Counted from the whole stretch's first letter, positions 33,425 to 46,355 are shown. The stretch is 52,950 bases of DNA, filler included, from Sphacelaria rigidula (GCA_964200075.2; 3 parts of 3 records of this genome joined end to end with filler, not necessarily neighbours in it); one strand, 5' to 3'. Numbers and translations: made by a program. Notes: generated by a model from the sequence alone, not told the origin.

Positions 33425-34902
33425 ACCTCTTACAAGCGAGTCAAGTACAGAAAGGGGGTGCACGCAGATGGCATAGGCACTGCAACACAGAATTGCACTG
33501 GAGCACAGACAGTTGCACAATCAGCACTCGTGTGGTTCGAAGACTAAAGCGAATGCGGTCAATAATAGATTATGACTAAACGACGATGACAGCAATCAAA
33601 TTTTAAAAATGCCAAAATGCAAGGCGGGCTGTACTTGGCGCATCTAGGTTATAGTCGAGGAGCTGGCTTCCCATTTCGCAGCACAGGCCGGGACAGGCTG
33701 AAGGTCAGTGAAACTCAGCAGCGTCGCATGTCATTGTGAAGGAGATATCGGAAGAAATTCGTCTGGACTTTGCATATATCTGTAGTTGAATGAGAGGTTT
33801 CAGCTCGTGCAAAATCTGAAGAACAATCGGGTGCTGTCTGTACTTCACCACTGCACAGGGCTATCTCTACACCTCGTTGATGCATTTGACACAGACGGCC
33901 CTGCTCGAGATTGATACCTACAGACGATCGCTCGCGTACACGTGGTATCTATCCTCATGCCGGCATTTCTTAGGTGCTTCCAGGTTGTGCAATATTACCG
34001 TCTTCACCCGTCCAGTTTTGTGGGTGCAAATAGTATCTATCAGGCCCAACCCGACCCAGCACCATCACCCCATCACTGCTTCATTCGACAGGGCCACCAA
34101 ACAAGCACTACATCAGGATCTGTCCCCCCAGAGGAGACGCCGCATTGGAGGGACCCGCGGCGATTCTAGCCGCTCGTAGTCAAGCAAAGCACCACAGTTA
34201 CATTACTGGAGTTTGCGGAATATGGAACTGGCGGGAATTTCGATGGATAACTTTCCACCTGTTGTGAACGACTCAAAGACCCTGCGTAAGCTCAGCCTAC
34301 TTGAAGCGCGAATGGTCGGAGCTGGCAACGAGTCTCGAGACGCCTCACTGCCGGCGAACGAGAGCAGTCGAGGCAGCGACAACAACAGTAACTCCATGTA
34401 AGCATGAGACACGATCCTGCAACTATACTACATTCCCGTCGTTGACAGCGACACGACCGTAGGTTACGCGAGTACGAAACCGTGCTGTAAGGTGCTCGAC
34501 GCGGGCTCAAGCACGCCGCCGCTCATGAAAGCATATGTTTCACCAGGTCCACGCCGCAACCCTGTCCTGTCAGGTCATCATGCGTGGTGTCACGAAGTAA
34601 GATGGATGCTCAATCTTGTGATCCTACGCATGCTCGTATGCAATTATCGCTTTCTTAGGGACGCTATCGCACTGTTGGATTTGTCAGCCTCATATGCCAT
34701 ATCAGCAAGAACCACGTTACTACTGTACATACTCTCTCATGTTCTCTCGAATAAGCTTGTGAAGGGTGGAGATAAAAGTTTCATACCCACAGCGATTCCT
34801 TTCACTTTTCGTGGGCACCGTAAGTAGTCCAAAAGTTCCAAAAACAGTGGGGAGGTGAGTCTTACTATGTGCCATTTTGCAGGCGAATTGAGTTATTTCC
34901 CA

Positions 34903-34972
34903 TGATTGATTTGATTGATTGTCGCACTTAGACTGACCCCCCAAGGATCCAGCCGTAGTCTCATGACGAGAT
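34903..34972 (-). mobile_element. Retroposon 3' end with (AATC)n tail
   Basis: GATTGATTTGATTGATTGTCGCACTTAGACTGACCCCCCAAGGATCCAGCCGTAGTCTCATGA, similar to 3132-3205. Confidence 0.6.
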
Positions 34973-35168
34973 AACAAATGGCCGCGCTAGGATCCAGGAT
35001 CACCAACCTTGAGAGCCCTAGTGGTGGTACCCAAGCTGGGTGGTCAAGACTTTGCTTCGGATTTTGTGTTAGGATCTCTGAGGCGTGGACATCCGAGTTT
35101 CAAAGCGTAGAAAAGTCGAAAAAAAACAATCGCAAGAAAATCCTATTTTCTCCCGAAAGGCGCGCCCC

Positions 35169-35260
35169 GGGGGGCGTACTCATTCCTTGCTTGCCTTTGT
35201 CGTTTGACCACTGACCACGCATCAATTTCGAGACGGAGCACCGCTCCTACTTCTGATAGA
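35169..35260 (-). mobile_element. Truncated copy of the poly-C-associated LINE 3' end
   Basis: GGGGGGCGTACTCATTCCTTGCTTGCCTTTGTCGTTTGACCACTGACCACGCATCAATTTCGAGACGGAGCACCGCTCCTACT matches the reverse complement of about 10650-10737. Confidence 0.75.
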
Positions 35261-35454
35261 CCGGGGAGGGGNNNNNNNNNNNNNNNNNNNNNNNNNNNNN
35301 NNNNNNNNNNNNNNNTTAATTAATTAANNNNNNNNNNNNNNNNNNNNNNNNNNNNNNNNNNNNNNNNNNNNGTGACCCCGGCTGATGCACCCACATACAC
35401 CGAAAGATGTAGACTGGTGCCCAGAATAAATGGGACGACAACACAACAACAACA

Positions 35455-35566
35455 ACCGGCGGGGCCCCCTCACTAACCGGGGGGCGGGGGGGGGGCGTTT
35501 AGGTGACTCCGCTGCGTTGCCTTACCAGGCATCGCTGGCGGAGTCGCGAGGCGGCTTCGCCGCTAG
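35455..35566 (+). mobile_element. Helitron-like 3' terminus
   Basis: GC hairpins GACTCCGC (35505-12) / GCGGAGTC (35538-45) and GCGGC-TTC-GCCGC (35551-63) end in CTAG (35563-66) followed by T, matching the Helitron hairpin-CTRR|T signature. Confidence 0.45.
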
Positions 35567-35928
35567 TTTTTCAGTGTTAACTGGTAACTGTAACTGTTTT
35601 TTGTAACTTTCTGCAACCAGTCAACTGACTAGCCAAACCAGTTCACAACTGAAACAAATGATCAAGCAGCGCTTGAGTGAAGGATACTAGCACATGCCCT
35701 CCCGCTTGTGCAGTAAAGCACGTAACACCTCTCTAAAACCTGGCTAGCAACGCGTGAGATGAGCGCATCTGTTCCACACTCTGAGTTAACCTTCACCTTC
35801 ACCTATATCTATGTTCAGGGTTATCTACTTATGTTGGTGCTATCATGTAATTTGTTGTTTTCCCTGTACTCATGACCCTAACCGTGGCCCGAACTCGTAT
35901 CGCAAATCGTTTCTTTTGCCACCCAAAG

Positions 35929-36567
35929 GGTGGCGATGATTTCACCGCTGCGCTGGTCCGGATCCACGAAACGATCGAAGCGGAGGGTGGTCCTCGGCAA
36001 CAGATGTGCCTGGCCATCAACCGCTCTGACTACATGTTACACGATCCGCGAGACGGTGCAACTACGCCACATTTGCTTCAGGTAAAATTGCTCCAGGTAG
36101 AACAAACACAACACGGATCAGTACCATGCGTATACTGATACGGTGTCACCGTCGTACTGCACTCTGTTCCAATATCGTGGCGGGGCTAATAGAATCAAAA
36201 TCCTCTAATCCTCTCGAGCCGGGTTCGGCGTGATCAGTATATATTTTGTTTTGATGACGCATGTCTCGCAGGCAGTCAAATTCCGTTGTTGGCAAGTTGG
36301 TGAAATTCATGTGCAGTAGTGGCCCCAATTTTCTGCCGGGTTGTGTCCCACCAAAAAACCCGGCATAAAATTGAACTGGTATAAAATCGTTCATATATAA
36401 CCGGGGGGGCACTTTTATACCGGTTCAGCATAAAATCGGACCAGCACAGTGAGTTTTTCACTCTGGATCTATTTTATTTTATTTTGGTTTCTTCTGCTAG
36501 CCTGTGACCACGGAAGNNNNNNNNNNCAATGTACCGCGCAGATATCGGAACGGCTTTTAATGTGAAG

Positions 36568-36600
<33 letters not shown>

Positions 36601-39600
36601 CAGAGCACAATTATGCACCATGTATCACCCGTTGACCGTGAAAACAGTGCTACGTAAATGATCTTGCTCTTGTTGTGACAACGTCATGGACGTACTTGCC
36701 ACACTTGCTGCACTTTTGTTGTGTGTAGTGAGGTGGGCCTGACGTAAGCTCTGGCGCCCTGCAGCATTGTCCTGCTGCACATGGCATGACTTACCACTTC
36801 GAGTGCTCCCGTGTTCGTGCTACCCTCGCGGCAAGCTGGCATGTCAAGCTGATCTTTGGGCACAAAAATGACCCGAAAATATTCCGCGTCGGCATAAATA
36901 CGGTCCGATAACATGCGGATTCGGCATAAATTTTGATTATATGCCGTTTATGGGAGAACACGAAAGAGGCATAAAAGAGAAAAAAATGTGTGCCGTTTAT
37001 GGGAGAACAATACGAAAGCGGCATAAAAGAGAAAAAATTGTGGCCTGGAAAGAACCAGCATATATCATCTAGTTGGCATTAAATGGTTGTCATGAAATCG
37101 GGGCAACTGCTGTATGCCTCTCCTGAAGTCTGCGAGGCATGAACAGAGTAGAAATCGCCCTCTGCACGCTGTTCCACAACAAGCGGTTACAGTACGTAGC
37201 ACAAATCAAGAGGGAACGGCCTACAGCGTAGTGTTTGGCGAACTTATTCTCCACTATCCATCCGAGGACACAGGGGAGACATGTATTCGCAGATTCTGGT
37301 TATATTCGCACCGCTGTCTACAAAAAGGGTGCGGTCAAAATCATCACCTTTTCTCGCAATAAATGATTATAGCATCGTTGCTGGCTCCTTCCTCCCCCCC
37401 TTTTTTATTTGTCATCCGTCTTAGGTCGAGTTGAATACGATAGCTTCTTCGTTCGGCTGCATGAGCGCCCTCACGGGTCGCCTGCACCGTCATCTTCTAG
37501 GCCGCTTCGCTGGCGAAAAGTCTGCCGCAGGTGAAACAGTCCGAGCACACGCGAATGCTGTAGGGGTCGAATTGTCGGAGACGGGAAGCAGGGGGGCGGG
37601 GGCGGGGAGACTAGTACCCGATAATCCTGCGCTGGAGGCGTTACCCAGTGCATTGGCAGCAGCTCATAAGTGCTACGGTAAGGATGAGGCTGTTGTGTTG
37701 TTCGTCGTGCAGTCCGGGGAGACCAACACGGTGGATCAGCGGCTGTTGGAGTTTGGGCTGTGGGATGTTCACGGGGTTCGCGCCGTGCGGATGACTCTTG
37801 CTGAGGTAATGTATTTCGAGAACCCTTGTTGGCTGCCGAGCACATTTTCCCATGTAGGAGTAAAGGTGTCTAATCAACTAAATGTAGCGCATTTCAACCA
37901 GTTGCAGTTTTCGGGCAAAACTTGAGGAATAGTGATTGGCATGCAGATGCTCCCCCCCTCGCCCTGCTGGTGAGGAGGCGCCGTTGGAGGAGAGGAAATA
38001 CAGCGTTTGGCTCCACATGTCTTGAAAACTGTGGTGAAATTATGCCTTAAAGTAACGGCACTTCAAGTACGCATTAGGTGCAAAAAAGGCAAACAATTGT
38101 CTACATGATCAATGATGCCATTAGAGTTGGTCCTTCGAATTGAAATAATAAGAAACGCACAATTAGCGCTCCCCGTGTAATACATCCTCGAAAAGCCGGA
38201 ATCGAACTGTGGATTACAATACTCCCCCCCCCCCTACCCGCTTTCTTTAGAGTATAAATCACTGTGGCGCGAGTTGAAAGTTGACTGAGGATTTGAATCG
38301 CCTCGTGGGTAGGGGAAACCATAGAACCCAGGTCCATGGTGAAATCAACTCTTGGCGAAGGATTAGAAGTACTGGTTGTTGTCTTCACTTTAAAAGTGTT
38401 CTGATATCTGCGCGGTATTCTGTACAGGGCATCTGATGCGGACGCCTTCCGTGATCCCAGGCTAACTCACTACCCCAATGCACGGTAAAAGGGAGTCAAA
38501 AATAAGATCGGACCCAGAAAAATTCACACAGATGCGATACAACAGAATTGGAAAAACGAAAAAAAAGGAAGTAAAGAAAGACGAAGGAAAGAAATATTGG
38601 TCCCCATTGAATATACTAAAATTCAGTATTACATGGACATGTTTGTTGGGATGAGGAATTATTTTTATTTTTTGGACAAGGGGAAAACAAAACAATATTT
38701 CAACCTTGAAATATACTATGTTTCACCGATCTGGAACTGACGTCTGCCTGCTTTTCATGACCAGGATGTCAACTTGCCACTACGAACTGGGCCAGCGTAG
38801 GAGCGGATTTGATTTTTCAGTCCCATTCACAATTTAATACTCACTAAAAATTGGTACTCGTACGGGCGGTCAGTAGCGCAAAAAAAAAATCACCAGTGGT
38901 TCCAAAGGTTTTTTTCCGTGAGTTCACGACGATCCAATAAAACCTGAGATTTGCCTTTGAATAATGAAGAACAAAATATTTGGCTCCACGGGCGATTTTT
39001 CGTATGTCCAGTCAGTTGTCCCTACCAATTTTCAATGTTCAACGTCCAACTCCTAAGTAGTAAATTGCTAATGAGCCGTTTAATACCGAGCCGGATTTAC
39101 AGGCCGCTTACTGGCCCATGTTTAATGTTTGTGTATTGAAATTTAGTGCCAGACATCTACAGGTCATGATGAACCGAAAAAAATGGGTCAGGTTAGTATT
39201 TTTTTCAGCCGGTTTAGCGCGTTTTATTATGGTGGGGGCCATTTTTTACGAGAATGCCCGAACCTCTCCCCCCCCACAAGAAGTTGGAGTGCCATATATA
39301 TATATATATATTTCTTTAGTATACCCCTGTGGTTCTCCACGCTAAGTTTCGAATCACAATTCCAAATTGAGCTTAGAAATTGAGATAAGGTCCAAGAGCA
39401 ATGGTCACTTCTCCTCGTAACTTGCCTAAAAACACGAAGAATACAAAAAAAAAAGAGAAAGCTGTGTGAAAGTTTCATCATGCATGAGGAGTTCTCCATA
39501 CGGAATTTCATTGCACGACTCTCAGGAACTGAGACGCGATATCCAGATTTACTTCATCTAGTGCCTCTGCTCGTAATATATTGATGATAGTATGCGACCT

Positions 39601-42600
39601 TACGTGCGCCATATCCCGACATGATGACGAATCAGGTAAAGGTGAGGGTACTTAACTTCTTCGCGTGTTCCAGGGAATGTCCACACCAAAAATCGTCATT
39701 CGCTGAATGCATCGTTTGGGATTTCATAAAAGTTTTAGTGTGGACGCTATCTCCGTATGGTACAAGTGTAGGGATTACAAGACATGAAGTTCAATCAACG
39801 AGAAAATAGTGGCCCTGACGTTTGAACAGGTGGGCATGTTCCCTTTGATTTCACGATTGATACGAGATGTGGATCACGGCCTAACTCCGTGTTTATCAAA
39901 AAAATATTGCCCTTAGAGCTCATACAGGCTGGGCCAGCCGACAGTGATTTTTAAACCAATTTTTGCGATGCTGTGGGTAATTCGAAGAGTTGGGCGCTGA
40001 AATTCTGACTCAACATTTTTATCATCACTACGCACAGCGTTTCTCGAGGTGCATTGAAAAAAACAAGAAACAGGAAATGAGAGTTATTCGAAGTTTCTGC
40101 AAAATCTAGAAGAATGCTTCAACCCCTTAAAAAAGAAAGACGGATGCACCTCCAGAAATGTTGTGCGTAATGATGATGAAAATGTTGTGTCCAAATTTCA
40201 GCGCCTAAGGCCAACTCTTGTGGGAGCGTTTATAATTTTATTTTGCAAAAATTTTGAACGACTTCTTTTTTATTTGCCGTGGTTGTGTATTTTGTGCCCA
40301 TTCACCATGATGACAAAAAAGAAGAAAACTCCTCTAAAATTGTTCCAGAATAAAATCCCAAACGCCCCCGTAAGAGTTTGCCAAACTCTTCGAATTACCC
40401 ACAGCATCCAATTTTTCGTGTGCCACCCGGTGGTCAAACTGGTCAAACTGCCTCTTATTCCAGAGGTCACGAGTTCGAATCCCAACACGACCATTTTTGC
40501 TCTGCGCATAATCTGGCATAGCGCCTTGCATCCGGGGTGTGTATAGCGCGGTTTGAGGTAGTACCTGTCCCTCTTATCGTAGGGAATGACCGTCGACTGG
40601 GAGGTTCTCTTCCATGATGGAGCTGTTGACAACGTTGATGCCATCTTGCAGCACTACTCGTACCAGCGTGCTTTTGCCTGCTCATGTCGAGTCAACGCGC
40701 GCCTGTGCGACGCAATTGCCTACAGTACCCTAATTCCACCGCGTTTCGTGACACGAAACGTCATCAGACACGCCATCACACAACACGAGACGTTCCCGGT
40801 ACTCAATGCAGTACAAAAACATCATTGCCAAAACTTCGCCACTCGACCAGCGGCGGTGCCGTGCATTACCAGAATGGTCTGCAGTCCTCAGCGATATGCT
40901 CGAGTCGAGCTGATTTGTTTATTTTCGCGAGTTTTGGTTGGAGATGCAAATGCGGGATGTACTACGGGCCCAGCTCGTAGCCGTTTCTAGGCTAGCTCGT
41001 AGCCGTTTCTAGGCTAGTTCGTAGCCGTTTCTAGGCTGGCCCAGCTCGTAGCACTAACGAAAGCAAGGACAAATTGAGATTCGAATCCTGTCCAACTTGT
41101 ACATTTACCTCCCTCCCTCTACCCCCTGGTCTCCCCCACAAATCCGAACCAACCCTTTTAGATCGAAGCCGACGGTGTCTTGAGCGCCGATGGTACTCTG
41201 AAGGTCGGGGGCGGAGACGTGGAGGTGGCAGTGGTGTACTTCCGGGCCGGGTACGCCCCGGCTGACTACTTTGGCCAGACGGAGTGGGATGCACGCCTGA
41301 AGGTGGAGCGATCTACAGCGATCAAGTCGCCCAGCATCGCCTACCACTTGGCGGGTACCAAGAAAGTGCAGCAGGTTCTGGCAGAGGAAGGGCAGGTGCG
41401 CTGATGTTCTCACACCGTGTGTGTGTGTGTTTTTTGTGACACAATACGTGCAGTACACGCGTTCGTCGACCGTGGATATGGAGAACCAAACTCGGACGGG
41501 CACCGAGTGGCGTGTGTTTTGTAGTACATTGGGCTATTACGGCGAATGTTTTGGTGTCACTTACCACACAAGATTACTCCGGTCGAACTATGTGACGGAA
41601 TGTAGTGTTGAGATCGACAACTTGATTCCGTCAGTGAGGGTAGTTTTCAAGTAATCGGCATAGCAGCCTGACAGATGGGCGTATGCATGACGGAGCCCAA
41701 ATGGCACTTGTTAGCCGTAATTTGTCGATCGTTTATCTTTGAGTGGGTGGGTCATCATGACACAGCTGTCTGGCCATGCCGATAACCACCGTTTCAAACC
41801 ACCCAGCGCCATGGTCGCCTAGCGATACCGAACCTGTCGCTTCGACACTTCCCTGTGACGTCACCCAACATATGCTCCGAGCCTCAGCATCATCAGACAC
41901 CAGATGCCCCTTATCTCAACGCCTTCCAAAACGCCACCTCCAAATTATCGAAAAGGAACAAGAACGTTCCACACGAACATTACTTTCATGAGTATACCCA
42001 ATTGGAAACGAGAAGGAAAAACTATAAACCGGAGTCATGCGTCAACACGCCCAGCACGTACCCCTGATGCCCGCAAAATATCATGTGCGGATAACTCAAC
42101 AGGACACATGATCCTAACCTCGAAACTCTGCTTTATCTCGAAAACTGACAGGTTGAGCGATTCTTGTCGGCAGAGGAAAGCGCCCTCGTTCGCCAGTGCT
42201 TTGCGGGACTCTATCCAGTGGGCCCTGGAGCCGACCCCAAAATCACCGAGGATGCCATAGCGCATCCCGACCGATACGTGCTCAAACCCCAGAGGGAGGG
42301 CGGGGGCAATAACCTCTATGGTGATGAGCTGAAAGCAAAGCTTATGCCTGGGGCCTCCACTGATGCAGAGCTGCAGGGTTTCATCCTCATGCAGCGTATT
42401 TTCCCGAAACCACAACCCGCAATCATGGTGAACCGCGGTAGGTGTGTGGCAGGGAATTCTATCAGTGAGCTTGGGGTGTACAGCACATATCTGGGTGGAG
42501 GGGAAGGGAACGTGCTCCTCAACGAGTATGCTGGATACTTGGTAAGAACGAAGCTGGATGGAGTTGATGAAGGCGGCGTGGCGACGGGGTACGCCGTGCT

Positions 42601-42634
42601 GAGTTCTGCAATCGTGGGGGAAGGAAAAAAATGA
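35929..42634 (+). CDS. GSS: Eukaryotic glutathione synthetase; partial, last four exons 35929-36081, 37425-37805, 41162-41395, 42152-42634
   Basis: All junctions are phase 0 with GT/AG. Motifs: [128 protein letters not shown]. Stop TGA at 42632-34. 5' exons not found. Confidence 0.95.
36568..36600. repeat. (ACA)n microsatellite
   Basis: Directly visible. Confidence 0.9.
40972..41037. repeat. 22-bp tandem repeat, three copies (AGCTCGTAGCCGTTTCTAGGCT)
   Basis: Three adjacent copies with one mismatch. GGCCCAGCTCGTAGC occurs at 40967-40981 and again at 41038-41052. Confidence 0.9.
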
Positions 42635-45600
42635 AGACTTTGAAGCTGGTAGACTAGTTTGGAATGCGGGTACGGAAAACGCTGAGGATCACGTTACTCC
42701 AGAATATGCTGATCGATTTCGTCTTCCGTCGATACCCCTGGTATCCCGAGGCGCGCGGAACGGAAAGTATTTCAGGGACCGAGGGCATCGTGGGTGTACG
42801 GTACTGTGTCTTAAATTATCCTTGATTTCTTGTTGGGGACAAGCGTTGGGAGGCAGAAGGCGAACATTGACATTTTCCTTGTGATGAACTTTTCATCAAC
42901 GTATGTGTGTGTTGTCGTCCCATTTATTCCGGGCGCCAGGCTACACCTTTCGGTATATGTGGGCGCATCAGCCGGGGTCACACAGGAGGAAGGTCAACAC
43001 AAGAGCTTTTTATTTTTTATTCGTTTTTAATGGGCCACCTTCCTTCTGCGGTGTTTTCATTTATTTTTTATCGCGAGGGGTGTTGTCATGAGTTTCTGTC
43101 AAGAATTTTCGACACACTTGGCAACAAAATCTTTCCGAAAAGCGGGGTTGGTGTGAGGTTGGAGGGTGGGTTTGTTGTAAGGGCACACCGCCTAGAATTC
43201 TATCTTCGAATGGAACAAAGGAAGCTAATGGAACATATTCCTTGAAGGCCATTTCCAGGGTCGATTGCGATGAAGATGCCAACGAAGTTGCGCTGGAAGG
43301 GGGTGTTGACTACTCGTGGTTCGTTCCCCTTGGCTTCGAAGTGGTCCATCGCTCCGTTGTTTTTGATGTTTTTTAGTTTTCAGTATAATCTCTGCCCATA
43401 TGATGATGTCTTGTACAGAGCACAGTATCCATCATGTTAGGCGTTCTGTATTTAGATCTATGTCCGTAGACTGTGGTACCACCGAAGTAAGTGTACGTTT
43501 TTCTGGTGTGCAGGGTTCTTGGTGAGGGACTGTTCGCTTTTTATCGGAAATGTGTGGATTAGGGTTTCTTCGTTCACTCCTACTTCCCTGTGTTGGTGAA
43601 TGTGGAAGAGTGAACCCTGACTTTCACGTGTTGAACTGAATTGCCATCAAACTACTAGCGGCATACCGATTCCTCCTATATTCGTAGTATTCCCATGTAA
43701 AAGAAGAAGAGCCGCCGTGTGGGTGGTATTTTTACTGTCTTTTGTGCTTTTGTCCGTTTCCTGCATGATCGCATCACACGCGTTCAATGTTTTTTGTTGC
43801 TAACGTGTCTGTTGTAGCTGTCGGCTAGTGGGTGACGTGACCGTCGTTGCCCTTGTCACGGGTTGAATATCGAGATTTGCGAGTGATACTTGTATGAAGT
43901 GCATAACTCGATCGCAAACTCGCGTCAGTTACCGCGGTCGGTGAGGGTCAGGGGTAGTTGGGGAGCCACATCAACGTACTCTAGGAGGGATCGTGTGGGT
44001 GTTACAGCCACTACTTTACTATCGGTGCATTCGGGTCATTGGGGCCGGGCAGGGTTCGAAATCATGTACTGTCTACATACAGCGCAAGCTAACTTTTGCG
44101 TCAAAGTGACCCTTTGAGGACTTGGGTGTTCGCCTGTTGAATCGGCATCATGTTCACTTGAACAATGGAATTCGAGCTTGAGGCGTTCACCTGCGATTAC
44201 AAGGGACTGTGGAGCATCAGCACTGAGTACGGCACTGTTCTGTCTGTAGTACCATGCAGTATAAATCGGAACACGCAGTCATGGATGGTACTCCAGCGGA
44301 CAGCTCGACGCAACCTCGATAATCGCCCCCTAGTTAGAGACGTGAATACAGGTATTCACCCATGAGATTGCTCTCGACGGCTCATTTATTCTAGAAATAT
44401 TCGCCGTGGGTTCGGATGATGGATGGGACAGTTTCTATTTCATTGTACTATACAAAGCAGTCAACACCAGTGTTATCCGTCTGGCTCATACAAATTTGAA
44501 GTGCCAAACAATGGCCTGCAACGTTTTGTGTATCTTCTTGCGTTGAACCTTGCACATTTTTCTCGAGTACTTGAAAGTCAGTACAGCAGTAAAGTAAAAC
44601 ATGGTGCCGAGGGGGTGTTTTCAGTCGTTTTGGTTTCATTGTGTTCTCTTACAGATGAGCAGACCATGAGAGGGGTGGCTATGTGTTTTCCCGGCCGCAA
44701 TACAAGGTCGTCGTAGACTCTGAGGCTCGTAGGCCAGTTGCTTGACGAGACCTGTCCACTTGTTTCAGGACGGGAAACCGGAGGGACTCTTTGGACAATC
44801 ACTCTTTTCCAGAATATTACTTGTTTTCAGACGGGCGTCCAGAGATTCGGTCTTGGGGGTCCAGAATACTTGACAAGTGCCGCAGTTTTTTCGTTTCGGA
44901 GACAGGGTCTGCCGCAGTGTACGCCGAGCTCTGACCTACGACAGGGTGTTTTGGACCACCAATAATTGCCACCCTGTATAGAGTATCAACGAAAGAGTGG
45001 CGCTCATTTCTCCACACGCTAAACCATCGTCGCTTACCCATCGTCCTGCCGCAACGAAACGTACAAGAGAATAGTGATGTACAGGGCTCTTCCCTTTCAA
45101 TACTCTCTTCAGTACAATTCCACCACGTTTGTGAGTCATCGCAAACGTTTTTGGTGGCGCAACTTCAAGTTAGGGTGTTTCATTAGCACGGGACGTGTGC
45201 CCCGAACGACCCATCTCGCTTTATACCGGTGTGGCTAAAATGCTCTCGGAGAGGTCAGCAACACAACAAGCATCGCGTGAATCATCTGCCACCTTCTCGC
45301 GACCTACACCGCTTTTCGCTTAGCGTCTGTCAATTTAAAAACTCAGACTACGTACTGACGGTACGGCAGCATTCTCACTTATTCTCGCACATACGCCCAC
45401 TCGCGCATTTCGGCAGCTGCGACACAAGAGGCGCGATGACGCGCGCGCAGTTCTGTGATTTGGAAAGATTCAGTCATCACCCATGGGTTTCCAGGGTTCG
45501 GGTCTTTTCAAAGTATAAAGTCATTGGCGTTTTTGGGAGGGGGGCGGGGAAGTAGAAATATAGCCGGTAACGGCCATCATTTAGAACTTCTCACACCAAA

Positions 45601-46355
45601 AATTGAGCGTTTCTGTCAGCCCCACCGGTTTCAGTATCTCTCCCGCACACCAAGTTTTATGGACGTTTGAAAATCGAAATTACTTCATTTCAGTATAGAA
45701 GAGGGATGAATCACATTGTGTGGTGACCGAAGGAAAAAGAACGTTTCGAACATACTGATTTTTGTATTGCCCGCGGCGGCAAACACGGAGGCCAGCAAAC
45801 AGCGGCCACCGACAACATAGCAGCGGCGGTGGTAAAAAATAAAATAATTGAAAAGCGTGGTTGGGGGAAGCCGCCTCTCTTGGCTTTGTGCGCACTCGTG
45901 CGACGTGGATCTGGCGTTACAACACGGGCACCCTCAAGGAACTCCCCACTTCTGCCCTGGTGGAGCGTGGCCGGGTGCTTGTATTATTTTTGCTGGCGCG
46001 GCGAGCTTGTCTGGAGAAGCATCCGGAGTTTAGCACGGCGATTATTTTTGTTGTGCTTTTTTGGGCGGGCTTTTTCAGGGAAGACAAAGCTACTTGCTTT
46101 TAGTGAGGAGTGCTTGTTGTAGGGTTTTTAGTATAGTCGCCGTGCTTGGCTCACCTAAAAAACCCTGGACACCAAGACCGACTCAGTGTACACGAAATTC
46201 AAAGCTGAGAGCAACTGCATCGGCACCACTGCAAGGTCCCAACGCCCCCTCAAGGCATTACATCTAGCGCGACGGTGTGGAAAAACGGCGGAGTAGTGGG
46301 CAGACCGGCCTTGACAAGTCGCCGCGTCTCCCTCTCTCCGGTGCCGCACCGGGTG

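Noticed and set aside
40967-41052. CRISPR-like array
   Set aside because: The 22-bp units are directly adjacent with no spacers, no cas genes are present, and the context is a eukaryotic intron.
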